Part shown: positions 27,101 through 34,561 of the stretch, piece by piece
Numbering within the stretch: position 1 is the first letter of the stretch
Layout of the letters: each line of letters starts with the position of its first letter
Assembly: GCA_013152795.1 (NCBI GenBank)
Contig: JAADFS010000192.1
Coordinates: 1 to 34,561 of the forward strand
From: Deferribacteres bacterium
GTDB lineage: Bacteria; Nitrospirota; Thermodesulfovibrionia; UBA6902
Length of the DNA stretch: 34,561 bases
Reading direction: 5' to 3'
The notes under the pieces: generated by a model
What the model was told of the DNA's origin: nothing
What the model saw: the letters and a program-made list of their open reading frames with translations, nothing else
The model's database searches: none
Program-made: the position numbers and the translations under genes

Positions 27101-27137
27101 GGAGCCTCTGTTTATCCGAGTTAATATTAAGGACTTA

Positions 27138-28154
27138 TCACAGGACATGAAGGTTCACGCCCATTTTCCTGAACAGTTTATCAAGATGGCCCATTGCGAA
27201 TCTCTGATGCTCTTTTACCGCTTCCTGGAACCGGAACCAGTCCGTCTTTTCCCTGTTCACTCCATCCCTCCAGTAAAGCCTGTCACGAAGCATTGTAAAC
27301 ATTGAGAGCAATCCGCTGTCGGAATCCCTCAGTCCACGCACTTCGGTTTCTATGGCATCGTTAAACCAGTCGGCTTCGTCAAACTCCCCCAGCCATGGGG
27401 CGATTTCCTTGTAGCGGCTGATGCGCTCTTCGGTATACCACTTGCTGTCGCCGGAAAATGACGGGCCCATGGCCCTGATCAGCCAACTGCGCAAATCATC
27501 CCATCCGGCATTGGCATTTATGTTAATGCCCTGAAGGTAACTGCGGTATTTGCCGTAAATCTTCTCCGCAGCATCAATGTAACGCTCTGTATTGTCAATC
27601 TCGTCATTAACAAGGCGGCAGTCTTCCCACCTGTGGGCAGGCCAGTCTGGATGGTGTTCGGCATCGGCATGGCCGATATCGGGCTTCGGGTCCATCCCTA
27701 TATTGTTGAAGTAGTCATACCAGCCCACGAAGTTCTGATGCGCCCATGTGTCCGCGTAAGCGTGTGTCGCAATGCCTATCCGGTAGAGCCTCGTATCTTC
27801 CGGGGCCCTGAACGCCTCGTCCATCATGCTGCTGGCTGTCTCATTGCCGGGGGTAGTGTTTAACAGATGCATCTTGCCGTCAGTGCGGCAGGCCCTCTCG
27901 TCCGCAGGGTCGCCGGGGACGAAATGAAACACGGGATATATCCTCATCAACTTTCTTTTCGGCTTGAGAATATTCATTGTCTGTGAGATATAGTTTTCAT
28001 ACGGTTTTCCGCCCGAGCGGTCTTCGATCTTGAGGCATACATCGTTTTCATCAACGTACTCCGAGGCCGTTGCAATGGTTTTGGCCTCGGCCTCACTGAA
28101 ACCAGCGGCCCTGGCGATTATCCCCGTCATGTAATAATGAAATTCAGTATCCAT
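27138..28154 (-). CDS. Conserved hypothetical protein (DUF6765-like; His/Asp pattern reminiscent of Zn-dependent phospholipase C/nuclease fold)
   Basis: M...FHYY....AR.AGF, YVD, FHFVP, GIATHAYADTWAHQNF, IGHADA; AAGGAGG SD. Family name is from recall, not a search. Confidence 0.55.
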   Translation of the reverse strand: MDTEFHYYMTGIIARAAGFSEAEAKTIATASEYVDENDVCLKIEDRSGGKPYENYISQTMNILKPKRKLMRIYPVFHFVPGDPADERACRTDGKMHLLNTTPGNETASSMMDEAFRAPEDTRLYRIGIATHAYADTWAHQNFVGWYDYFNNIGMDPKPDIGHADAEHHPDWPAHRWEDCRLVNDEIDNTERYIDAAEKIYGKYRSYLQGININANAGWDDLRSWLIRAMGPSFSGDSKWYTEERISRYKEIAPWLGEFDEADWFNDAIETEVRGLRDSDSGLLSMFTMLRDRLYWRDGVNREKTDWFRFQEAVKEHQRFAMGHLDKLFRKMGVNLHVL

Positions 28155-28212
28155 ACCATTCCCTCCTTTTTATTACTTTGCCTTGCAGTGGCATAAAAAC
28201 ACCGGTGTTCAA

Positions 28213-28305
28213 AGGGTGCAGTTGTCAGGGTGCAGGGTGCAGAAAAAAATACGAAATTTCATTCTGAACCCTGAACTCTGAACCCGTAACTCGCAACTCG
28301 CTCAC
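28213..28305. repeat. Opposed heptamer tandem arrays forming an imperfect hairpin
   Basis: AGGGTGC/AGTTGTC/AGGGTGC/AGGGTGC (28213-28240) facing CTGAACC/CTGAACT/CTGAACC/CGTAACT/CGCAACT (28264-28298). Confidence 0.75.
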
Positions 28306-28328
28306 CCGTTTATGCAACATTAAAGTTA
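28305..28328 (+). repeat. Dispersed intergenic motif, copy B
   Basis: CCCGTTTATGCAACATTAAAGTTA. Confidence 0.85.
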
Positions 28329-28366
28329 AGGTTCAGTGATAAGAGCCCCCTCCTTTGTGTCGGTTA

Positions 28367-30235
28367 TCACCGGTCGGTGTCAAAGCCGATAAACTCCCTG
28401 ACCGCATACCAGTCGTCATCCATCAGCATAAAGTATCCGAAATTTTCATACTTATAGACAGCCGGGTCTTTTGCGGGATCATACGGTATCCCGGGTTTCG
28501 TCGAATAAAGGAGCTGCCCCAGGTACAGGCCGTCGGCTATCCTGACCAGCTCGTCTATGCAGAGGTTGTCCGGGGGCATGGTGTGTAATTCCGGCCACCG
28601 GTAGTTGAACTGCAGCACCTCCCTGCCGCCGTTTTCGGGGTTGATGGATCTGCTGTTGGCTGCAATGAAGTAAAAACTCTTGACATAAATGTCATCGCTT
28701 TTTTCCTTTTCATCCGGATATTCCACAATCATCCCCGTTCTGTCCAGTAGTTCTATAAACGCAGTAACCGGCAGGGAAAGCCCGAGGTCCTTCCTGTATG
28801 TATTGGCCCCGATGATAACGGGATTCATCCCCTCATAATACCGCGCGCTGTCTCCGATATACTTCCTTATCCCGTCTACGGATGAAGGTGTAAAGGTCTT
28901 GCCCGTCCACGGTGAAAACGGCCTGACGGCAGGGTATATGTCATTCAGCACGGTCCTGTCGAACTTTTTCAGGAAACCGCCGTTGTTGAAAGAGACGACA
29001 CCTCCGTGCAGGAAACCGCTGATGCCGCGGGGCGACTCTCCGCATTTAAACACCTCGAGAAGCCTGGCAAAGTACCGTTCCTTGTACCCCGGCCCTTTCT
29101 GTATCCCGTCGTAGATATCCCGCAGGTAATGGAGTATGGTCTCCCTGTCCCCCATATCCTCGGCAATTGCCCTGCACTCGGGAGAATCCCTGAACGTGAA
29201 TGTCCTGAATTTGCCGGAGAGGTCTTGGGACAAACTGTACGCAATTTCGGGAAAGAGCCTGTTCTTTTCACCAAGCCACGTGTCGTCCATGAGAAGGAAA
29301 TACCCGAAATTCCGGTACTTGTAATCCTTTACCGGCACGTCGGGGTCATAATCTTTAAACAGATATTTCAGGGAAGTTGCATAATAGAGCTTCCCGAGGT
29401 AGAGGCCCTTGGATATCTCAACTATTTCATCAATGAGGAGCCTGTTGGGAAAGACATTACCAAGGTTTTTCCAGCGGTAATTCAGGGCCAGCACCTCTTT
29501 TCCAGGATGGGCCGTGTCTACAGACATGGCTTTCCGCGCGAGAAAGAGGCCTCCCCTGGCATGTATCCATGAACGTTGCCTCTTGTCCGCGCCGGGCACT
29601 GCCTCCATATCTATAACGGCAGACAGCACATAGTTTGAAAGATTGTTGACAACTCCATTCTTTTCTTTGCGGAAAGAGTTTATCCCCAGATACACGGTAT
29701 CTCCTCCGGGGACGGCACCGCCGGTGAATTTCTTTACCTTCTCAGGCCCTATCTTCCTAAAATCCTTTCCTGCCCACGGTGATGTATCGGACAGCAGCCT
29801 GCCGTAAAGCACCTGAAGCATGTCAACCTCTCTGCCTATGCCGAGCCTCTGCCGGGTCTTCTCAAGGAAGGTGTAAACATCGGTTCCCGTCTTAAGGCTT
29901 ATGGTGATGCCGTGGTAGAATCCGTCAACTTCCCCGGGTGTCCTGCCGCAGAGGAAGAGCCGGTCGAGCTTGCCGGCGATTTCCCCGTGCGAGGTGCCTT
30001 TATTGAGGATGTCCGTATAGTAGCGCATCAGTTCCAGCGGGTTGTTCCTGCCCTTCATGTCCTTCTGCATTATCTCCATAAACAGGGGGTCTTCCCTGTC
30101 GCACGTATCCGCAAGGGTGAAATCCCGGGACACGCCGGGCCCGGCCGGAATGTCCCCGCCTCCCCGGCCCTCTTTTTTTATGCACGAGTAGAGAAAAAAC
30201 ACTGATAATACCACGCAGATGACTTTTATCCTCAT
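28367..30235 (-). CDS. Putative lipoprotein with two tandem copies of an uncharacterised domain
   Basis: Start moved to ATG 30235 (MRIKVICVVLSVFFLYSC, lipobox-like). Motifs F.CG..P, SPW.GK.F, EVL..NYRW, IDE.V.I..GLYLG and YKY.NFGYF.LMDD.W each occur twice. Confidence 0.7.
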   Translation of the reverse strand: MRIKVICVVLSVFFLYSCIKKEGRGGGDIPAGPGVSRDFTLADTCDREDPLFMEIMQKDMKGRNNPLELMRYYTDILNKGTSHGEIAGKLDRLFLCGRTPGEVDGFYHGITISLKTGTDVYTFLEKTRQRLGIGREVDMLQVLYGRLLSDTSPWAGKDFRKIGPEKVKKFTGGAVPGGDTVYLGINSFRKEKNGVVNNLSNYVLSAVIDMEAVPGADKRQRSWIHARGGLFLARKAMSVDTAHPGKEVLALNYRWKNLGNVFPNRLLIDEIVEISKGLYLGKLYYATSLKYLFKDYDPDVPVKDYKYRNFGYFLLMDDTWLGEKNRLFPEIAYSLSQDLSGKFRTFTFRDSPECRAIAEDMGDRETILHYLRDIYDGIQKGPGYKERYFARLLEVFKCGESPRGISGFLHGGVVSFNNGGFLKKFDRTVLNDIYPAVRPFSPWTGKTFTPSSVDGIRKYIGDSARYYEGMNPVIIGANTYRKDLGLSLPVTAFIELLDRTGMIVEYPDEKEKSDDIYVKSFYFIAANSRSINPENGGREVLQFNYRWPELHTMPPDNLCIDELVRIADGLYLGQLLYSTKPGIPYDPAKDPAVYKYENFGYFMLMDDDWYAVREFIGFDTDR

Positions 30236-30500
30236 TGACAGCCCCTTTCCGTTAAATGTCTTCTGTGTTAACCTTAAATCATTCTCGTCCCCTTGCGGGA
30301 AAGAAATATCCTCTTGGAAATACCTCAAACAGGGACAGTATTACCCCTTTATCTTGCTGAATTATAGTTTATTCACAGCCAAATGATTTGTAAACCTTAC
30401 AGTGGCAAAAAACATCGCCGGCGTGACAGGAGAGCCGAAGGTTTTACCGGAAATTTTCAACCGTTTTTTGTCAAATTTTGTAATTTCACGATTCCGGGTA

Positions 30501-30530
30501 TTGGCATATAAGGTGAAACTTCTGTATAAT
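30501..30530 (+). promoter_or_regulatory. Sigma70-type promoter, probably yielding a leaderless mRNA
   Basis: TTGGCA, 18 nt, TATAAT, then 6 nt to ATG 30537; no SD. Confidence 0.6.
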
Positions 30531-30536
30531 TCAATC

Positions 30537-31010
30537 ATGCTGTCCGAGGATAAAATTCAAATACTGTGCGATAAAATGAAAAAGGAGTTCAAGTTTTTCA
30601 AGAGCTTAAGCGATGAAGAACTCAGGGCCTTTCTCAGTTTCTGTGACAACAGGCAGGTGGATGCGGGACTCAATCTGTGGAGTGAAGGCGATTCAGACAA
30701 TTACGCGGTTTTTATCATTTCAGGGAAAATAGGCATAAAGAAGAAAACAGAGTTCGAGGGAAAATACATGATTGTCGGCACATTCGCCAAAGGCACGGTG
30801 GTGGGTGAGCTTTGCCTGCTCACGGATCAGGTCAGGTCCGTTACGGCCGTAATACTTGAACCCGTTGACATCGTGACCCTCTCCAGCAAGGACTTTGAAA
30901 AGCTTATGGAAAAATATCCCATGCTGGGGCTCAAGCTTCTCAGGCACATCTTCCTCGTGATATCAAAGCGGCTCAACAGGTCTACCGAGCGAATGGCTTC
31001 GATATTTTAA
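30537..31010 (+). CDS. Stand-alone cyclic-nucleotide-binding domain protein (Crp-like sensory domain, no HTH)
   Basis: FFKSLSDEEL, LWSEGD, FIISGKIGI, GTVVGELCLL...RSVTA; ends after the C-helix. Confidence 0.85.
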   Translation: MLSEDKIQILCDKMKKEFKFFKSLSDEELRAFLSFCDNRQVDAGLNLWSEGDSDNYAVFIISGKIGIKKKTEFEGKYMIVGTFAKGTVVGELCLLTDQVRSVTAVILEPVDIVTLSSKDFEKLMEKYPMLGLKLLRHIFLVISKRLNRSTERMASIF

Positions 31011-31037
31011 ACGGTCTTTTATATGCATCATAGCCGT

Positions 31038-31087
31038 TGAACCCGCAACCCGCAACCCTCCTGCCCGTTTATGCAACATTAAGGTTA
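31038..31087 (+). repeat. Heptamer run followed by dispersed motif copy C
   Basis: TGAACCC-GCAACCC-GCAACCC (31038-31058), then CCCGTTTATGCAACATTAAGGTTA (31064-31087). Confidence 0.85.
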
Positions 31088-31097
31088 CCTGTCAAAA

Positions 31098-31127
31098 TTG
31101 ACAAGTCCGTATCGTTAGTGTTAATTT
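31098..31127 (+). promoter_or_regulatory. Possible sigma70 promoter for the 105-aa gene
   Basis: TTGACA (31098-31103) followed 18 nt later by TAATTT, preceded by TG-T; AT-rich downstream. Confidence 0.4.
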
Positions 31128-31167
31128 AGTTATTATTAATATTAATACCCCCCGGAGAGTTCTGGAA

Positions 31168-31485
31168 ATGACAAGAGCAAAGAAAATCGGGATCATTATT
31201 CTCCTTGTCGGAATCTGCCTGCCTACAGCCACGCTTCCCTTTATCACGGAGTTTCATCCCAAACCCGACATATGCCTGACATCAAACTTTTTCGGAAACA
31301 TGGGCAACATGATAGTGGCATTCGGTGCAGAACAAACGGCCGTCTCCGGTAATTCCGGCACAGGAGGCAGCCCTCTGATTGCAATACCCTACAGATATCT
31401 CTTTGCCCTCGGCGTCATACTGACCTGTGTCGGAATAGGAATAATAGTTTTATCCCCCGGTAAGAAGCCTGACCGCAAATCCTGA
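31168..31485 (+). CDS. Small membrane protein with two hydrophobic segments
   Basis: IGIIILLVGICLP and YLFALGVILTCVGIGIIVL; GGAG SD. Confidence 0.7.
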   Translation: MTRAKKIGIIILLVGICLPTATLPFITEFHPKPDICLTSNFFGNMGNMIVAFGAEQTAVSGNSGTGGSPLIAIPYRYLFALGVILTCVGIGIIVLSPGKKPDRKS

Positions 31486-31666
31486 ATCCCCGCAACCTCC
31501 CCGCTTTCCGCGTCTTTTTCCTTTTAACACAAGCCCCTCGAGAAAAATTTTAAAGAACCGCGCCTGTTATGCCGAACAAAAATTAACGCCGGTCGTTTTA
31601 AACCGGAGGGATGACCGGCGCGGATGCTGGATTAAGTTTTCTTGAGAACACTTATTGTGAGAAAAG

Positions 31667-32459
31667 ATGATGCGTTTCTTTGAAAAGCTGGGTGCCGATG
31701 TCCTGTATCAGGTCAACCAGATCGGCAGGATGGGCATATTTCTCTTTTATTCCGCCATCAGCATAGTAATGCCGCCGTACAAGGTATTCCCTGTCGTCAA
31801 GCAGATATACCATATAGGCGCGCGTTCAGTGTTTGTCATTCTATTCACCGGTGTCTTTACCGGCATGGTCCTGGGGCTTCAGGGGTACAACACCCTCAGC
31901 AAGTTCGGTGCAGAGGGGCTCCTGGGGACTGCCGTGGCCCTAAGCCTTATCAGGGAGTTGGGCCCTGTCATGGCGGCGCTTATGGTAACGGGCAGGGCAG
32001 GCTCCGCCATATGCGCCGAGATAGGCATCATGCGCATCTCCGAACAGATCGACGGACGCCCTGGAGTGCATGGCTATTGATCCGCACAAGTATGTCGTAG
32101 CCCCCAAGTTCATAGCGGGAATCGTCTCCCTTCCACTGCTGACCGCTCTTTTTAACGTGATCGGAATCCTGGGGGGATATGTGGTTGGGGTAGGCCTCCT
32201 CGGAATCAATGAAGGGGCATATTTTTCAAGTATGTACAACGACGTGGAGTTCGGAGATATTTATATGGGATTTGTCAAATCCCTCTGCTTCGGGGTTCTG
32301 ATTATATGGATATGCTCTTCAAAGGGGTATTTTGTCCACTTGACAAAAGGCGGGGGGTTTGGAGCCGAAGGCGTAAGCAGTGTCACCACCAATGCGGTGG
32401 TCATGTCATCAGTCTGCATACTGTTATTCGATTATTTCCTGACATCGGTGCTTTTATGA
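31667..32459 (+). pseudogene. mlaE: MlaE lipid-asymmetry ABC permease, frameshifted by a 4-bp duplication
   Basis: RELGPVMAALMVTGRAGSAICAEIGIMRISEQID continues as ALECMAIDP if one GACG of GACGGACG (32051-32058) is removed; the C-terminal half has GAEGVSSVTTNAVV. Confidence 0.88.
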
Positions 32460-33232
32460 GTGAAAAACCGGTTGTACAGCTTATAGACGTAAAAAAATCA
32501 TACGGCTCGCAGCAGGTCTTAAAGGGAGTGAACCTGTCGATAATGGAGGGGAAGACAACCGTTATCGTCGGCGGAAGCGGCCAGGGCAAGAGCCAGATCA
32601 TCAAGCATATCCTCGGCCTGGTCAGGCCTGACAGCGGCAAAGTGCTTGTCTACGGAAAGGACATAAGCAGGGCCGGCAAAAGGGAACTCCGGGCGATCAG
32701 GGCCAATTTCGGCGTCCTCTTTCAGAATGCGGCGCTCTTTGATTCAATGACCGTGTATGACAATGTGGCGCTTCCCCTCAGGGAACGGACAAGGCTGTCC
32801 GAGGCTGAGATAAAAAAAATCGTGGACAGAAACCTGGCGCTTATGGACATCATCGGCAGCGACGACAAGTATCCCGCACAGATCAGCGGCGGCATGAGAA
32901 AAAGGGTCGGTCTCGCGCGTGCGCTCGTGCTGGAACCGCGGATAATCTTTTTTGATGAACCCACGACAGGGCTTGACGTCGCAAAGAGCAACGAGATATA
33001 CCGCGTATTCTTCCGCACACAGACCCAGTTGAAATACACCGCCGTTATCGTCAGCCACGATGTGCCGAAGATATTCAAACTGGCCGATTACGTGGCATTG
33101 CTTCATAACGGCGTTATTCACAGTTGTATTACTCCCGAAGAGTTCCAGCTTTCTGACGACCCCGTGATCAGGGAATTTGTCGAGACCACCATGGGTCAGC
33201 TTTATTCAAGTGAAATGGAGGGTGAATTATGA
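32456..33232 (+). CDS. mlaF: MlaF ABC ATPase
   Basis: Start ATG 32456 overlapping the mlaE stop; GGSGQGKS, LFQNAALFDSMTV, ISGGMRKRVGLARAL, FFDEPTTGLD, VSHD. Confidence 0.92.
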   Translation: MSEKPVVQLIDVKKSYGSQQVLKGVNLSIMEGKTTVIVGGSGQGKSQIIKHILGLVRPDSGKVLVYGKDISRAGKRELRAIRANFGVLFQNAALFDSMTVYDNVALPLRERTRLSEAEIKKIVDRNLALMDIIGSDDKYPAQISGGMRKRVGLARALVLEPRIIFFDEPTTGLDVAKSNEIYRVFFRTQTQLKYTAVIVSHDVPKIFKLADYVALLHNGVIHSCITPEEFQLSDDPVIREFVETTMGQLYSSEMEGEL

Positions 33233-33669
33233 AAAAGATAAACATTGAGACCGCGGTAGGGATTTTTATAATCCTCGGCCTGCTCAGCCTTGGATACCTT
33301 TCTGTGAAACTGGGCGATGTCAGCCTGTTCGGGACGAAACAGTATACGGTAAGGGCCCGCTTTGCGAACGTATCCGGACTGAAGAAGGGAGCCGCCGTAG
33401 AAATTGCAGGGGTCAGGGTGGGAAAGGTCGCGGACATCAGGCTTGAGGACTATGAGGCCGACGTGGAACTTCTGATCGACCCGGATGTAAAACTGCAGGA
33501 GGACGCAATAGCCTCCATAAGGACACAGGGTATAATCGGCGATAAATACATCAAGATCAAGACAGGCGGCGCAGATGAGTATATCGGGGATAACGGGGAG
33601 ATCCTGGAGACCGAATCCGCGATTGAGCTGGAGGAACTCATAAGCAAATATATCTTCGAGAAAGAGTAG
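33229..33669 (+). CDS. mlaD: MlaD MCE-domain protein
   Basis: ETAVGIF TM, F.NVSGLKKGAAVEIAGVRVGKV, ASIRTQGIIGDKYI, LEELISKYIF. Confidence 0.93.
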   Translation: MKKINIETAVGIFIILGLLSLGYLSVKLGDVSLFGTKQYTVRARFANVSGLKKGAAVEIAGVRVGKVADIRLEDYEADVELLIDPDVKLQEDAIASIRTQGIIGDKYIKIKTGGADEYIGDNGEILETESAIELEELISKYIFEKE

Positions 33670-33735
33670 TGCTTAACTCTGCAAGAGCGGAAGGCGATAT
33701 TATTTTAAAGCACTAAAAAACAGAGGAGGCAGATA

Positions 33736-34365
33736 ATGATGAAAAGGACACTGCAAATCATAATTATAACGGCACTGGCCCTGGGTATGTCCGGAATAAG
33801 CGCGGCGGAAAATACACCTATAGAGGCGATAAGATCGACAGTTGACGCCGTCCTTGATATAATGAAAGATAAAGAACTTGCTGCACCCGGCAGGAGAGCG
33901 GAACGGCGGGAGAAGATACGGGCGCTGATCAGGGACCGTTTTGATTTCAGGGAGATGTCGAGACGCTCACTCGCCAGGCACTGGAAGAAACTAAGCCCTG
34001 AAGAGGAAAGAGAGTTCGTAGCCGTTTTTTCCGACTTGCTGGAGTCCTCGTATATAGGGAAAATCGAGGCATACACGGATGAAAAAGTCACCTATGACAA
34101 GGAAACCATCAGGGGCAAGGGTAAATACGGGATAGTCAATACAACAATTGTCACAAAGAATGTCGATATCCCGATTGACTACAAGCTTATTTTCAGGAAC
34201 GGAAAATGGTGGATTTACGATGTCGTCATCGAAGGGGTGAGCTTTATCAGTACCTACAGGAGCCAGTACAACAAGATCATAGTTAAACAATCTTTTGCAA
34301 AACTCCTCGAACGGATGAAGAGCAAGCTGAAAGAAATAAAGGCCATGGAAGCGAAAGAGGCTTAA
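33736..34365 (+). CDS. mlaC: MlaC/Ttg2D periplasmic phospholipid-binding protein
   Basis: Signal peptide, FDFREMSRRSLARHW, WWIYDVVIEGVSFISTYRSQY. Confidence 0.92.
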   Translation: MMKRTLQIIIITALALGMSGISAAENTPIEAIRSTVDAVLDIMKDKELAAPGRRAERREKIRALIRDRFDFREMSRRSLARHWKKLSPEEEREFVAVFSDLLESSYIGKIEAYTDEKVTYDKETIRGKGKYGIVNTTIVTKNVDIPIDYKLIFRNGKWWIYDVVIEGVSFISTYRSQYNKIIVKQSFAKLLERMKSKLKEIKAMEAKEA

Positions 34366-34382
34366 CCTTAATGTTGCATAAA
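34363..34382 (-). repeat. Dispersed intergenic motif, copy D (inverted relative to A-C)
   Basis: TAACCTTAATGTTGCATAAA, the exact reverse complement of 31068-31087; begins at the mlaC stop codon. Confidence 0.85.
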
Positions 34383-34385
34383 TGT

Positions 34386-34550
34386 GGCAAGGGAGGCTGC
34401 CGTAAAACCTTTATAAAGCGATAGGATATTGGAAATAACTCTTTATTGCAGGAAGTAACGGAGAGTGAAGTTGCAAAAGACGTCAAAATGCCGTGCGGAA
34501 TATTTCCTGAAGGTATCGCAGATAAAGCTTTTCCGGCAGCCTCCCTTGCC
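34386..34550. mobile_element. 165-bp element with long terminal inverted repeats (MITE/REPIN-like or structured RNA)
   Basis: 34386-34414 pairs with 34522-34550 (first 17 bp perfect, 27/29 overall); further inner pairings GCGATA/TATCGC and GGAAATA/TATTTCC. Confidence 0.55.
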
Positions 34551-34561
34551 CGCACGCAATG

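Noticed and set aside
30236-30536. N-terminal extensions of the ORF-track calls 28367-30328 and 30402-31010 (also 32306 for mlaF)
   Set aside because: Downstream starts fit better with the signal peptide, promoter position, domain boundaries or stop-start overlap.
26389-34382. Classical integron attC or XerCD dif sites for the repeated motif
   Set aside because: No consistent RYYYAAC...GTTRRRY paired boxes and no 11-6-11 dif arrangement; no integrase in the window. Kept only as an unexplained motif.
34283-34555. 90-aa minus-strand ORF over the terminal fold-back element
   Set aside because: It overlaps mlaC antisense and the inverted repeat, with no protein features.

Overview
Chromosomal window from a diderm anaerobe; gene content suggests a Nitrospirota/Thermodesulfovibrionia- or Desulfobacterota-like organism (inference only). 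The left 14 kb (minus strand) is a Wood-Ljungdahl cluster: acsE-acsD-acsC, then a separately promoted unit of a Fur/PerR-family regulator, acsB and cooS. That unit continues directly into a HydABC/Bfu-like module: NuoE-like, NuoF-like with a C-terminal CBS pair, a stand-alone copy of the NuoF C-terminal Fe-S arm, and a NuoG-like subunit without an obvious catalytic site. trxA-trxB follow. Divergent from acsE is a soluble Cys-rich MtrA-like/DUF4346 putative corrinoid protein coupled to parAB. Next come two tandem paralogous secreted 14-repeat beta-propeller proteins with variable Tyr-rich loops (the second is frameshifted). After them are a glycyl-radical enzyme/SCP2-like/activase operon (activase frameshifted), a VapBC-type TA pair, several accessory genes, and mlaE(frameshifted)-mlaF-mlaD-mlaC. 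Between 26.4 and 34.4 kb, four exact copies of a 15-bp motif (TTTATGCAACATTAA) sit at gene-block boundaries, each next to a hairpin or heptamer array. No rRNA, tRNA, CRISPR array, transposase, integrase or reverse transcriptase was recognised. All calls are by eye and no database searches were run.
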